Virus record (IMG/VR): IMGVR_UViG_3300031772_000002
Span: 64,001-128,000 of that record
Origin: a virus
Length of the DNA stretch: 64,000 nucleotides
Reading direction: 5' to 3' (one strand)
Shown: in pieces, positions 25,950 to 36,657 of the stretch
Numbering within the stretch: position 1 is the stretch's first letter
Layout of the letters: each line of letters opens with the position of its first letter
The notes under the pieces: model-generated
Told to the model about the DNA's origin: nothing
Seen by the model: the letters and a program-made list of their open reading frames with translations, nothing else
Databases searched by the model: none
Position numbers and translations under genes: made by a program

Positions 25950-28949
25950 ATGTTTAATTTTTGGTATTTCTTAAGAAAAAAATGGTCGGAATATTCAGAG
26001 GCTCGTGGTCAAAAGGGAACATTGATTGACGATCTTGCTATTAAACCAACCGGATTGGTAATGTCTGATTTTTATAATTTACTAGTTAATCAAAGAAAAA
26101 TAAATAATATAAGTCAATGGAAAGGAATGTCAGATTCGGATCTTGACGCTTTTGGTGGTAAGTTTTTTATTCCAAGAATTAATGGTGGGTTTGCGTTTGG
26201 TATAGCAAGAATATGGTTTAATTCAAAAATTGATATTATCATTACTGAAAATGCCAGGTTTGTATCCACCAATGGACTTCAATATGTTATTACTCAACCT
26301 GGGTATATTAGTAAAAATTCTTTCAAAATATCTACCGATAGAATAGCTTTATTTTATATAGATGTTCCTATTACCGCAGCCGCTAAAGGGGTTGGATATA
26401 ATATTAATTCTGGAGAAATTTCTCAACTTATCAATATTGATTTCGAATATCATTCAGTTACAAATTTAAATCCTTTAATTGATGGTTCTAAATATGAATC
26501 AAATCAAGAATATTATAATAGATTGTATTATTCAATTAATGATCGTGGAATGATGAATCAAAAAAGTTTAAATGTATTCCTTCCTCAATTTTTTCCAAAT
26601 ATAAAAGCTATGTATATATCCGGTTCCGGTGATAGATATATGAATAGAGATTTAATAGCAGGATTTGATAGCTCGGAACAATTTAATAAAGTTGATTATC
26701 TTGGAAAAACAAATGGTGACAATATTGTAAAACATATAGCTTTTTATGGTATATTTCCACCAAATGCAGGAAGTGTAATGCATGATAGATATTGGGGTCC
26801 CCACTCTGATATATCTGCCTATGAATATCCTTTAACTATAGACCAGGCGGTTAGTGATTTTAATCCTTCAGATAACAATGTTTTTAAAAGTGATCCTGCA
26901 TTTTTAGGTTTTCCATTAGATCAAGAGTTTACAGATGAAATGTATCGAGGGATTTATTTTAATGATTATAAACGTTTCTTTGAACATAAAACAGGATATC
27001 TTTTTAATATTGATGATGAAGAAATAAGTTATGATAAAATATTACCAGGTGACAATTGGATATATGGAGCCTGTGGACGAAGCAATAGATATGTTGGAAA
27101 TCTTCAAGAAGGTTTAGGGGCTATTGATGTTATAAATATGTCAACTAATATTATAAATTTATGTGGAGGGTCATCTGAATCATTATCAATAAGTAAAGAC
27201 ATTTTAAAAAGAACTGGAATTAAATTAACTGGCTTATTTACATTTCCAGAACCTGATGAAGAAGGAGTTCTTAATAGCAATCTGCAAATGATGGTTGGGG
27301 GTGTAAATGAAACAAGTATTGTTGACGGATACACTGGAATAGGCTTTGGAATCAGAATGATTGACGCTTATCAACCTGATGATATTAATGCTTTAAATGC
27401 AGTTATTTATTTTGCTCATTCTGAAAAGTACGGAACAACCCAAATATACGCCACTGATGATGATATTAATGATCATATATCAATATCTAATATGGGGGCA
27501 TTAGCTGAAAAACAATTTAAAATACAACCAGGAGTCGAATATAGTTTTGAATTTATTATATATGATGATCTTCATTTAACATTATTAATAAATAAAACCT
27601 CACAACTTGTTGGTTTAGATCCAGATGAGCATGAAAATATTTTACATTTTGAACTTCCTAAAAAGATTTTAAATATATTCTCTGATTCAAGTAAAGGTGG
27701 TATACTTAGTATTGACTCTACCCGTTATGGAACTATGATGAAAATTACTTTAGATACAAAATCTTTATTAGCTTCAAAAATGTGGTCAGTAATTAGTTTA
27801 AAAGCGTTTGATATTAATCCTGAACGAGCAATGGCATTATTTGCTATAAATGTTTTAAATATTGAATCTCCCATTACAATATATACGCGAGCGTATGGAA
27901 ATAGTGCTGTTGGGAATTCTCAATCAGATGGATATCGTGCATTAATATGGGATAAAGAATCACAAACTGTAACTTCAATCAATTCTGAATTAAATCGTGG
28001 AGGATGGATAGAGGCTAATGGAATTTCAGACGTTAGCAGTTCAAAAAAAACATTAACTGGATTATTAAGCCATACTATAAATAATATTGATAGATACGTT
28101 GTTGAAAATAGATTTGGTAAAAATATTTTCTTATTATTTATTACGTCAGGAGCATCGAAGCCTACTATTCGATATAATGGTGATTTACGAGATAATATTC
28201 AATCTTTATTAAGAGTTGATTATATAAAGATTGAAAGTGAAAATTTATCTATGTATCATGCAAACAATAAAGCGGATATATATGTAGCAACTTTAAGTAA
28301 TTTAGAAGAATACAAATCAGTAATTACTACATTAAGAAAAAATTCAAGTGATACATATTTTGAAATGAATTCAGAAAATTGTTCAATGCCTATATTAGAA
28401 ATAATATCAATAACTACAGGAGAAACTTTTGATTTAAATAATATTATTTCTGAAAGTGAATATACAATAGTCGATGCTGATTTAAATTTTATGGGGTCTT
28501 CATTGGAAGTAAAAAGAATATCATTAAATGAATCCAATTCCAATACAATTACTGTTGAATATAAATCTTATCCTGAAATTGAAAATATACAGAATTATTT
28601 TGATGATTCAATATATAAAAAAATATATGGTAATATTTTAGTTAAACATAAATATCCATGCGATTTAAATATATCATTATTTTTTACAGGAATAGGAACG
28701 GAAGATAATATTATTAGTGAAGTAAAAAGTTATGTTGATAACAATATTGATGGAATATTTATTATTAAAAATTTAATAAGTAATTTATATAATAAAGGTC
28801 TTGTTAATAATATTAAAGAACCTGTTACTATTTTATATAGTAAATTTGATGATGAATTAAATATTGAAACTGGTTCATTTACTGATCAATTAGAAATACG
28901 TTCTATTGATTTTTTTCGTATTATTAATATTTCAGCTCAAAGGTTGTAA
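25950..28949 (+). CDS. baseplate J/gp6-like wedge protein with large insertion
   Basis: LIDDLAIKP, LDAFGGKFFIPR..G..A.G, GVGYNINSGEI, VTN...DGSKYESNQEYYNR. Confidence 0.75.
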   Translation: MFNFWYFLRKKWSEYSEARGQKGTLIDDLAIKPTGLVMSDFYNLLVNQRKINNISQWKGMSDSDLDAFGGKFFIPRINGGFAFGIARIWFNSKIDIIITENARFVSTNGLQYVITQPGYISKNSFKISTDRIALFYIDVPITAAAKGVGYNINSGEISQLINIDFEYHSVTNLNPLIDGSKYESNQEYYNRLYYSINDRGMMNQKSLNVFLPQFFPNIKAMYISGSGDRYMNRDLIAGFDSSEQFNKVDYLGKTNGDNIVKHIAFYGIFPPNAGSVMHDRYWGPHSDISAYEYPLTIDQAVSDFNPSDNNVFKSDPAFLGFPLDQEFTDEMYRGIYFNDYKRFFEHKTGYLFNIDDEEISYDKILPGDNWIYGACGRSNRYVGNLQEGLGAIDVINMSTNIINLCGGSSESLSISKDILKRTGIKLTGLFTFPEPDEEGVLNSNLQMMVGGVNETSIVDGYTGIGFGIRMIDAYQPDDINALNAVIYFAHSEKYGTTQIYATDDDINDHISISNMGALAEKQFKIQPGVEYSFEFIIYDDLHLTLLINKTSQLVGLDPDEHENILHFELPKKILNIFSDSSKGGILSIDSTRYGTMMKITLDTKSLLASKMWSVISLKAFDINPERAMALFAINVLNIESPITIYTRAYGNSAVGNSQSDGYRALIWDKESQTVTSINSELNRGGWIEANGISDVSSSKKTLTGLLSHTINNIDRYVVENRFGKNIFLLFITSGASKPTIRYNGDLRDNIQSLLRVDYIKIESENLSMYHANNKADIYVATLSNLEEYKSVITTLRKNSSDTYFEMNSENCSMPILEIISITTGETFDLNNIISESEYTIVDADLNFMGSSLEVKRISLNESNSNTITVEYKSYPEIENIQNYFDDSIYKKIYGNILVKHKYPCDLNISLFFTGIGTEDNIISEVKSYVDNNIDGIFIIKNLISNLYNKGLVNNIKEPVTILYSKFDDELNIETGSFTDQLEIRSIDFFRIINISAQRL

Positions 28950-28966
28950 CATTAAAGAAGGTGAAA

Positions 28967-31861
28967 ATGGCTTGGAATAAAAGTACATGGCAAGACGTTA
29001 TAGGAACTGAAATTTCAAAATCTACTGTTACTTTTGGAAATTCTGTTACTGGAGTTATTAATACAAATTTAGCGTCTCCATTAAAATTTTTAAATTTATC
29101 AATACGATGTGAAGTTTTGTTTGGGGGATCTCCTGATGGGAATGCTGAAATAAAAGTATATGGACGAGACGTTCTTGGCGGAGATGAAAGTGATACAATA
29201 CCAATTTATAGACAAGACATTGAATTTGTTACATCAGATTCTCAAATAATTACCCTACCTAACATTGACACTTCAAGTATTGATAGTTTACAAATAGAAG
29301 TTTTAAATAAAGATACCACTGATAGTATTGATGTGTGGGTATCATTTATGTATGGATATATTGATGCAGTTGCCGGATCAAGTCCTGACGAAACTGTTAA
29401 AATATCATACAATGATACAACAAAAGATTATTTAGAAAATAAAATTGTAGGAGATACTGGAGTTATAGAAATTTCAGTTCTTGGTGAGTCTTTATATGAA
29501 ACTCTTAAAGTTTCATTAAACTCAACGAAATTATCTAATTGGGATAGTGCTTATGGATGGGGCGATCATTCTGTTGAGGGGTATTTGAAGTCATTTATAG
29601 AAACTGATCCTATTTTTTCTGCATGGCTTGCATACCCTCCTGCGCTGTCAGAATTTATTAATGATGTAGGGTATTTAACTGCCGAAACAGATCCTGATTT
29701 TAATTCATGGTTAAGTGGTGTAACTCCTGCTAATTGGGATTCTGCTTATGGATGGGGAGATCATTCAATTCAAGGATATTTAAAATCATTTATAGAGGTT
29801 GATCCTGTTTTCATGGCATGGTTAAGTTATCCTCCTGCAATATCAGAATTTATAAATGATTTAGGATATTTAACTGCAGAAACTGATCCTGATTTTAATT
29901 CATGGCTGTCAGGAGTAACTCCAGCTAATTGGGATTCCGCATATGGATGGGGAGATCATTCTATTCAAGGATATCTTAAATCCTTTACTGAAACTGATCC
30001 TATTTTTTCTGCATGGTTAAGTTACCCTCCTGCACTATCTGAATTTACAAATGATTTAGGATATTTAATTGCGGAAACAGATCCTGATTTTAATTCATGG
30101 TTAGGTACTGTTACTCCTGCTAATTGGGATTCTGCATATGGATGGGGCGATCATTCTATTCAAGGATATTTAAAATCTTTTATAGAATCAGATCCAGTAT
30201 TTATTGATTGGTTAAGTTACCCACCATCATTATCTGAATTTACAAATGATTTAGGATATTTAACTGCCGAAACAGACCCTGACTTTAATTCATGGTTAGG
30301 AGGAGTAACTCCAGCCAATTGGGACTCTGCTTATGGATGGGGAGATCACTCTATTCAAGGATATCTTAAATCATATATTGAAACAGATCCAGTTTTTACA
30401 GATTGGTTAAGTTATCCACCATCTTTATCTGAATTTACAAATGATTTAGGATATTTAACTGCAGAAACTGATCCAGATTTTAATTCATGGTTATCTGGAG
30501 TTACTCCTGCAAATTGGGATTCTGCATATGGATGGGGTGATCATTCTATTCAAGGATATCTTAAATCTTTTATAGAATCGGATCCAGTATTTATTGATTG
30601 GTTAAGTTACCCTCCTGCACTATCTGAATTTACAAATGATTTAGGATATTTAATTGCGGAAACAGATCCTGATTTTAATTCATGGTTAGGTACTGTTACT
30701 CCTGCTAATTGGGATTCTGCATATGGATGGGGAGATCACTCCGTTGAAGGATATCTTAAATCATATATTGAAACAGATCCAGTTTTTACAGATTGGTTAA
30801 ATTATCCTCCTGCACTATCAGAATTTACAAATGATGTAGGGTATCTTACTGCAGAAACCGATCCTGATTTTAATTCATGGCTAGGAGGGGTAACTCCTAC
30901 TAATTGGGATTCTGCTTACGGATGGGGAGATCATTCCATCCAAGGTTATCTTAAATCATATGTAGAGACTGATCCTATCTTTTCCGCATGGTTAAGCTAT
31001 CCTCCTGCATTATCTGAATTTACTAATGATATGTCATTCATTACTGCAGAAACCGATCCTGATTTTAATTCTTGGTTAGGAGGAGTAACTCCTGCTAATT
31101 GGGATTCTGCATATGGATGGGGAGATCATTCAATTCAAGGATATTTAAAATCTTTTACTGAAACAGATCCTATCTTTTCTGCATGGCTAAGCTACCCTCC
31201 GTCTTTGTCTGAATTTACTAACGATATGTCATTTATTACTGCAGAAACAGATCCTGATTTTAATTCTTGGTTAGGAGGAGTAACTCCTGCTAATTGGGAT
31301 TCCGCTTATGGATGGGGAGATCATTCTATTCAGGGATATATTAAATCATTTGATGATTATTATCAGGAGAGATTAATTTTAGCAGAAGAATTTCAAAATC
31401 CTAACAATGCAGATTGGGTAGTTAATGTTTTAGCTCCACTCTCTGCTGATGATAATAATAATGGACTTAATGTAAGATTATTTGATGATACTGCAAACGA
31501 AGGAATAGGATTTGATATTTTTATTCCTTCATTTGCAACTAATATTGTTTTAAAGTTTAAATCACGAGCAATAACTGCCCCTGCAGGAACTAAAAAAGTT
31601 GATTTAGGATTATATTTTAGATCAATTCCAGATAATGCAGCAGTTGATGCGTGGAGCGCTAAAAAAAATATTACTGGAATAATATCAATTCCAACAAATG
31701 AATATTTTCAATATGATACTACAACAATATCACTAGCAACATTAGGAATAACAAGTAATAGATATACTCAATTTGAAATAATTAGAGACGCAGCTGACGA
31801 AGCAAATGATGATTTAGTAGGAGACTGGGCTTTATTATCTATGATAGTTTCATTTACATAA
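28967..31861 (+). CDS. tail fibre-like protein with 65-aa tandem repeats
   Basis: NWDSAYGWGDH / ETDP / LSEFTND.GYLT repeats typical of phage fibres; follows baseplate J. Confidence 0.75.
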   Translation: MAWNKSTWQDVIGTEISKSTVTFGNSVTGVINTNLASPLKFLNLSIRCEVLFGGSPDGNAEIKVYGRDVLGGDESDTIPIYRQDIEFVTSDSQIITLPNIDTSSIDSLQIEVLNKDTTDSIDVWVSFMYGYIDAVAGSSPDETVKISYNDTTKDYLENKIVGDTGVIEISVLGESLYETLKVSLNSTKLSNWDSAYGWGDHSVEGYLKSFIETDPIFSAWLAYPPALSEFINDVGYLTAETDPDFNSWLSGVTPANWDSAYGWGDHSIQGYLKSFIEVDPVFMAWLSYPPAISEFINDLGYLTAETDPDFNSWLSGVTPANWDSAYGWGDHSIQGYLKSFTETDPIFSAWLSYPPALSEFTNDLGYLIAETDPDFNSWLGTVTPANWDSAYGWGDHSIQGYLKSFIESDPVFIDWLSYPPSLSEFTNDLGYLTAETDPDFNSWLGGVTPANWDSAYGWGDHSIQGYLKSYIETDPVFTDWLSYPPSLSEFTNDLGYLTAETDPDFNSWLSGVTPANWDSAYGWGDHSIQGYLKSFIESDPVFIDWLSYPPALSEFTNDLGYLIAETDPDFNSWLGTVTPANWDSAYGWGDHSVEGYLKSYIETDPVFTDWLNYPPALSEFTNDVGYLTAETDPDFNSWLGGVTPTNWDSAYGWGDHSIQGYLKSYVETDPIFSAWLSYPPALSEFTNDMSFITAETDPDFNSWLGGVTPANWDSAYGWGDHSIQGYLKSFTETDPIFSAWLSYPPSLSEFTNDMSFITAETDPDFNSWLGGVTPANWDSAYGWGDHSIQGYIKSFDDYYQERLILAEEFQNPNNADWVVNVLAPLSADDNNNGLNVRLFDDTANEGIGFDIFIPSFATNIVLKFKSRAITAPAGTKKVDLGLYFRSIPDNAAVDAWSAKKNITGIISIPTNEYFQYDTTTISLATLGITSNRYTQFEIIRDAADEANDDLVGDWALLSMIVSFT
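29537..31351 (+). repeat. coding tandem repeat, 195-bp unit, 9 full copies plus partial
   Basis: AATTGGGA(T/C) recurs every 195 nt from 29537 to 31292. Confidence 0.95.
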
Positions 31862-31877
31862 TTCTATAGTATTTTTT

Positions 31878-32480
31878 ATGAATATCGATGAATTAAAAGA
31901 ATATTGTGATCATTTTGATGAAATTAATTTTCTTTATGATAAAACGCTTGAAGTTATTAATTTGCTTCCTGAACAATATCCAATTTTAGAAATTGGAACA
32001 AGATGTGGAGGAACATCTCTCTTATTTTTAAAAGCAATACTTGATAGTAATAAAAAAGAAAGATTTTTAATTACAGTTGATCCATTTGGAGAGATGCCTT
32101 ATGAAAAAAGGCCAAATAATTATGGAGAAGATCTTTATAGAACATCAATGTATAAAATATCTGAATATTGTTTTAATAATAAATTAAATCACGCTCATTT
32201 CAGATTAACTAGTATTCAATTTTTTCATACCTGGAAATTATCTAAATTTTGGCATAATGGAAAATTAATGGAAAAGGAATTTAGTTTTATTTATTTTGAT
32301 GGTGATCATTCAGATAATGTAGTAAATAAAGAATTATATTTATATTATCAGTTTATAATAGAACAAGGGATATTTTGTATTGATGATCAACATGATATTG
32401 AAAAATACTCAAATATTATAATTGAGAAACCTATAATGAATTCAAATCGTTTATATTATTGCAAAAGTAGTGTTGAATGA
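31878..32480 (+). CDS. class I SAM-dependent methyltransferase (Methyltransf_24-like)
   Basis: ILEIGTRCGGTS, TVDPF, FIYFDGDHS, IDD motifs. Confidence 0.85.
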   Translation: MNIDELKEYCDHFDEINFLYDKTLEVINLLPEQYPILEIGTRCGGTSLLFLKAILDSNKKERFLITVDPFGEMPYEKRPNNYGEDLYRTSMYKISEYCFNNKLNHAHFRLTSIQFFHTWKLSKFWHNGKLMEKEFSFIYFDGDHSDNVVNKELYLYYQFIIEQGIFCIDDQHDIEKYSNIIIEKPIMNSNRLYYCKSSVE

Positions 32481-34093
32481 GAAAATTAATTCTTACTATT
32501 TCTTCAGGTGAATTTTATCAGAAAATGGCATTATTAACCCATCCGTTAATAAAATCATATGCTAATAAAATTGGCGCAGAATTTATATGCATTAATGAGA
32601 AAATAATTTCGGAAACTACTATACATTGGGAAAAGTTTCAAATTTATAATTTGTTAGATAAATATAACAGAATTATTTATCTTGATACAGATTTAATAAT
32701 TAGAAACGATTGTCCAGATTTATTTACAGAAGTTCCAGAAGATAAATTAGGCATGTTCGATGAAGCTAAATTTACAGATCGATCTAAAGAATTAATGATT
32801 GATATCTGTAATAAATATAAAGAAAAATTACCAGTATGGAATGGAAAATATTTTAATTCTGGAGTTATGGTAGTATCTGAAACTCATAAAAAACTATTTA
32901 AAAAACCAGATAAGGAAGAATTTAGTTTTTATGAGCAAAGCTATCTTAATATGATGATAGCTAAATTAAATATTGAAATGTATGAATTACATTATAAATT
33001 TAATAGGATGCCATGTTTAGATTCATTTACAGGAGAAGAAAGACATAATTCATATATAATACATTATGCCGGGTTCCCAGATCCAAATCTGGTTTTAAAT
33101 TTAATTGAAAAAGATATTGAAAAATGGCATATGGATAAAGAGTATATTTATAGAAAACATATTTATATTAGTGTGTCTGGTGGGCTGGGAGATCAAATTT
33201 GCGCAGAACCTGCTATTAGATATATGAAGGAAAAGCAGTATCCAAATGATGAGGTTGTTGTTGCTACACACTATCCAAGAATCTTTGAACATATAAGAGA
33301 TATAGATATTTGTATACATGGAAAAGCAAACTTACCATTTGATACACCTTATTATATAGCCCAAAGTTTACCAGGGCCTGATACAATTCAATGGATGATA
33401 GTTTCTCATCTGCTATGTCATACTGTGGATTATGCTTCGATAGCATTGATGAAGAGAATGCTACCGGTTACTGATAAAAGATTACATTTTGAGATTAAAG
33501 AAAAAGATTATTTTAATCTCAATCAATTAATTGATTGGGATACTATTAAAAATTACATAGTTGTCCATCCAGGAAAACACTGGCGCACAAAAACTTTACC
33601 CAAAGAATATTGGCAAAAAATAATTGATGGATTGATTATTAATAATCAAAAAGTATGCATTATTGGAAAGGATCAAGAAGGGGATCCTCCAGATTATAAT
33701 TCAGGGGCAAGGGGAACAGTTGATATAAATCCACAAAGAACAGTTGATTTAAGGAATAAGCTAAATCTAGGAGAATTAGGAGCGTTATTATCCAGAGCAC
33801 AAATATTAATAAGTAATGACTCGGCGCCAGTTCATTTGGCAGGTGCATTTGACAACTGGATAGTTTTGCTCCCTACTTGTAAACATCCAGATCACGTTCT
33901 ACCTTATCGTAATGGCAGTGTTAACTATAAAACATTGGCTATTTATAAAAAATTAATTATAGATGATGTTGAGTCCAGACCAACCCAGGTATATCCAACA
34001 ACAGTTGATATAGCAGTTGATGATTGGAATAAATATTTAGAAAGTCCAGATATTGTAATTGAAAATGTTTTAAAATTACAGGGTAAGGATTAA
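32477..34093 (+). CDS. bifunctional glycosyltransferase (GT8-like + GT9 heptosyltransferase-like)
   Basis: GT8: YLDTD, YFNSGV, EQSYLN, IIHYAG; GT9: GGLGD, VHPG...K...EYW, ISNDSAPVHLAGA. Confidence 0.85.
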   Translation: MRKLILTISSGEFYQKMALLTHPLIKSYANKIGAEFICINEKIISETTIHWEKFQIYNLLDKYNRIIYLDTDLIIRNDCPDLFTEVPEDKLGMFDEAKFTDRSKELMIDICNKYKEKLPVWNGKYFNSGVMVVSETHKKLFKKPDKEEFSFYEQSYLNMMIAKLNIEMYELHYKFNRMPCLDSFTGEERHNSYIIHYAGFPDPNLVLNLIEKDIEKWHMDKEYIYRKHIYISVSGGLGDQICAEPAIRYMKEKQYPNDEVVVATHYPRIFEHIRDIDICIHGKANLPFDTPYYIAQSLPGPDTIQWMIVSHLLCHTVDYASIALMKRMLPVTDKRLHFEIKEKDYFNLNQLIDWDTIKNYIVVHPGKHWRTKTLPKEYWQKIIDGLIINNQKVCIIGKDQEGDPPDYNSGARGTVDINPQRTVDLRNKLNLGELGALLSRAQILISNDSAPVHLAGAFDNWIVLLPTCKHPDHVLPYRNGSVNYKTLAIYKKLIIDDVESRPTQVYPTTVDIAVDDWNKYLESPDIVIENVLKLQGKD

Positions 34094-34095
34094 TC

Positions 34096-36642
34096 ATGTA
34101 TTTTGCGCATGCACTTAAACCAAATGGTGAATCCTGGGCTTGGGGAGTAAATGAAACTGGACAATTAGGACGTAATAACACTACAGTGTATTCATCTCCT
34201 GTTGCTGTAGTTGGAAACCATGCATTTACTGATATTGCTGCAAACAACTTTTCAAATCTTAACTATGGGTCTTGTCTGGGTTTAAAAATAGACGGATCTG
34301 TATGGGCATGGGGGTATAATCCTTATGGTCAATTAGGAACTAATAATAGAACTAATTATAGCTCACCTGTTTCCGTTGTAGGCTCACATGTTTTCATAAG
34401 AGTAAGATCAGGCTGCAATCATTCATTGTTTAACAAGCAAGATGGATCAATTTGGGCTTGTGGATACAATGCTACTGGACAATTAGGTGATAACAGTACA
34501 ACAAGTAGATCATCCCCTGTTTTAGTAGTTGGCAGCCATTCATTTATAAGAATGGCCGGATCAATTGGTGGATGGCATAGTTTAGCTTTAAAAGCGAATG
34601 GCCAGGCATGGGCTTGGGGATATAATTCCGATGGGCAGTTAGGCGATGGATCTCAAACTGATAGATCATCCCCTGTCTTGGTGGTAGGATCGCATTCATT
34701 TATTAAAATTGCTGCAGGATATCTTCATACTCTAGGATTAAAAGCTGATGGTACATTATGGGCATGGGGCGACAATAGTTATGGCGGATTAGGAGATGGA
34801 TCAAGAACTGACAGATCATCACCGGTATTAGTAGTAGGGTCGCATTCATTTATTGATATAAAAGCATCAAATAGATTTTCCTTAGCCCTAAAAGCAAATG
34901 GTCAAATATGGTCTTGGGGAAACAATGCAAATGCCGCATTAGGAACTAACAATTTAACATCATACTCATCACCTGTTCTTGTTGTTGGAGGCCATTCATT
35001 CATATTAATGTCAACAGGGAGAGAGCATTGTCAGGCTTTAAAAGCAAATGGGGAAGTATGGTCATGGGGTATAGGATCTTGGGGTGATATTGGAAACAAT
35101 ACTACATTTTCATATTCATCCCCTGTTTTAGTAGTTGGAAGTCATGTTTTTACAAATTTAATGAATAATAATATATATGATCTTGGAATACCTATAATTA
35201 CAGATATAGAAGATGAAAAATTTCTAACAACAGAAACTGATATTACTATATCAGGAATGCTATTTTTAGCATCTCAAGAAATTGGAAAAGTAGAAATAGG
35301 TGACAATATTGTATATGCAAGTGCAGTAAAAAATCAGTTAACAATAAATTCATGGTCTGATACATCAATTAATGTAGATATGAGTTTAGGTATTGTTCCT
35401 GAGGGAAGTTTATGGATATTTGTTACTAATAGCGATTCTGCCACTTCTATAGGATTTCCAGTTTTTGTATCAAATGTATTAACATGGGGTAAAGAAACAA
35501 TTGGTGCAACTAATACTGCATTCACTGATTCAGTGCGTGTTATGGGCGGAACATCTCCTGATCTTGATAATATGATATTAAGAGGTGTAGCTTATCATTT
35601 TGGAACGAATCATGTAACACAATTAAGACTGGCAGTTTATTCAGGCGGTGATCTTGCTGCTGGTCCTGCTGGAGCAAATTTATTAAATGATTTTGGTCTA
35701 ACCACAGGAAGTGCTACGAACGCATGGTTTATAAAAGAATATTTGGGCCCAGATATAGTTATACCTAAAAATACATCTTTATGGATTTCAATGAAAGCTA
35801 ATGAAGCCACTTCAAATATAACTCTTTCATCTACAGCAGGTGTAGAATTTCAATCTGCCAGAGGTAGATGGAATTCTGTTTCAGTTAGCACAGATGAAAC
35901 AGTTGCTTATCCAGCCACTTGGCCTGATGATGCCGGATCTTTCCAAAATTATTGGTATGATGTTTATTTACTTTATAGTATAAAACAAACATTTTTTGGA
36001 ATAAGATTAAAGGCTGATTCAAGTCAATCATTAGCATCAGTTAGTAACTTTACACCATCAGCAAATTGTTCTGTATCATTTTGGATTAATAATTTTGATG
36101 CAAGAGCGGTTGGAGGGTATATATTAGGACATAGCGCTAATTGGAAAATATATATGACTACTGGTAGAAAAATAGTAAATTTATTAAATGGAGGAACTGC
36201 TTTTTTATCAGTCAGATCAATGAATGTCGGAACATTATATCATGTAGTTATGACAAGAGCTTCAAATAATAGTAGAAAAATTTATATAAACTCAGTTTTA
36301 GACAATAGTGATAGCGCAGGAAATGGAGCAACCGGCGCAGCTGTACTCTATATTGGAATGAAAGAAGATTCAACACTTTATTTTGATGGATTTCTTGAAG
36401 ATATTAGAATTTACAACAGAGTATTAACATTGTCTGAAATACAAACTATGTATGCATGCCCAGGAATGGATAACATAGTTTATGGTTTACTTAATAGATA
36501 TTTATTAAATGAATCTCATCAAGGAGCAACTGCAAGTGGAGCAAGTTTCATAAAAGATTGTGGACCTTCACAAATTAATATGACACCGGCAAATTCTCCT
36601 GAATATACAGGTAGTCGAATAAGAACAAGAAAATTTTTATAA
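34096..36642 (+). CDS. RCC1-repeat propeller + Ig-like + LamG domain virion protein
   Basis: Seven WAWGxNxxGQLG...SSPVLVVG repeats; C-terminal FDGFLEDIRIYNRVL (LamG). Confidence 0.85.
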   Translation: MYFAHALKPNGESWAWGVNETGQLGRNNTTVYSSPVAVVGNHAFTDIAANNFSNLNYGSCLGLKIDGSVWAWGYNPYGQLGTNNRTNYSSPVSVVGSHVFIRVRSGCNHSLFNKQDGSIWACGYNATGQLGDNSTTSRSSPVLVVGSHSFIRMAGSIGGWHSLALKANGQAWAWGYNSDGQLGDGSQTDRSSPVLVVGSHSFIKIAAGYLHTLGLKADGTLWAWGDNSYGGLGDGSRTDRSSPVLVVGSHSFIDIKASNRFSLALKANGQIWSWGNNANAALGTNNLTSYSSPVLVVGGHSFILMSTGREHCQALKANGEVWSWGIGSWGDIGNNTTFSYSSPVLVVGSHVFTNLMNNNIYDLGIPIITDIEDEKFLTTETDITISGMLFLASQEIGKVEIGDNIVYASAVKNQLTINSWSDTSINVDMSLGIVPEGSLWIFVTNSDSATSIGFPVFVSNVLTWGKETIGATNTAFTDSVRVMGGTSPDLDNMILRGVAYHFGTNHVTQLRLAVYSGGDLAAGPAGANLLNDFGLTTGSATNAWFIKEYLGPDIVIPKNTSLWISMKANEATSNITLSSTAGVEFQSARGRWNSVSVSTDETVAYPATWPDDAGSFQNYWYDVYLLYSIKQTFFGIRLKADSSQSLASVSNFTPSANCSVSFWINNFDARAVGGYILGHSANWKIYMTTGRKIVNLLNGGTAFLSVRSMNVGTLYHVVMTRASNNSRKIYINSVLDNSDSAGNGATGAAVLYIGMKEDSTLYFDGFLEDIRIYNRVLTLSEIQTMYACPGMDNIVYGLLNRYLLNESHQGATASGASFIKDCGPSQINMTPANSPEYTGSRIRTRKFL

Positions 36643-36657
36643 GAAAAGGAATTAAAA

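Noticed and set aside
29537-31351. Regular repeats resembling a CRISPR array
   Set aside because: 195-bp in-frame coding units with synonymous variation and no unique spacers
34096-35160. Diversity-generating retroelement TR/VR among the RCC1 repeats
   Set aside because: Differences are not adenine-specific and no reverse transcriptase is present in the window
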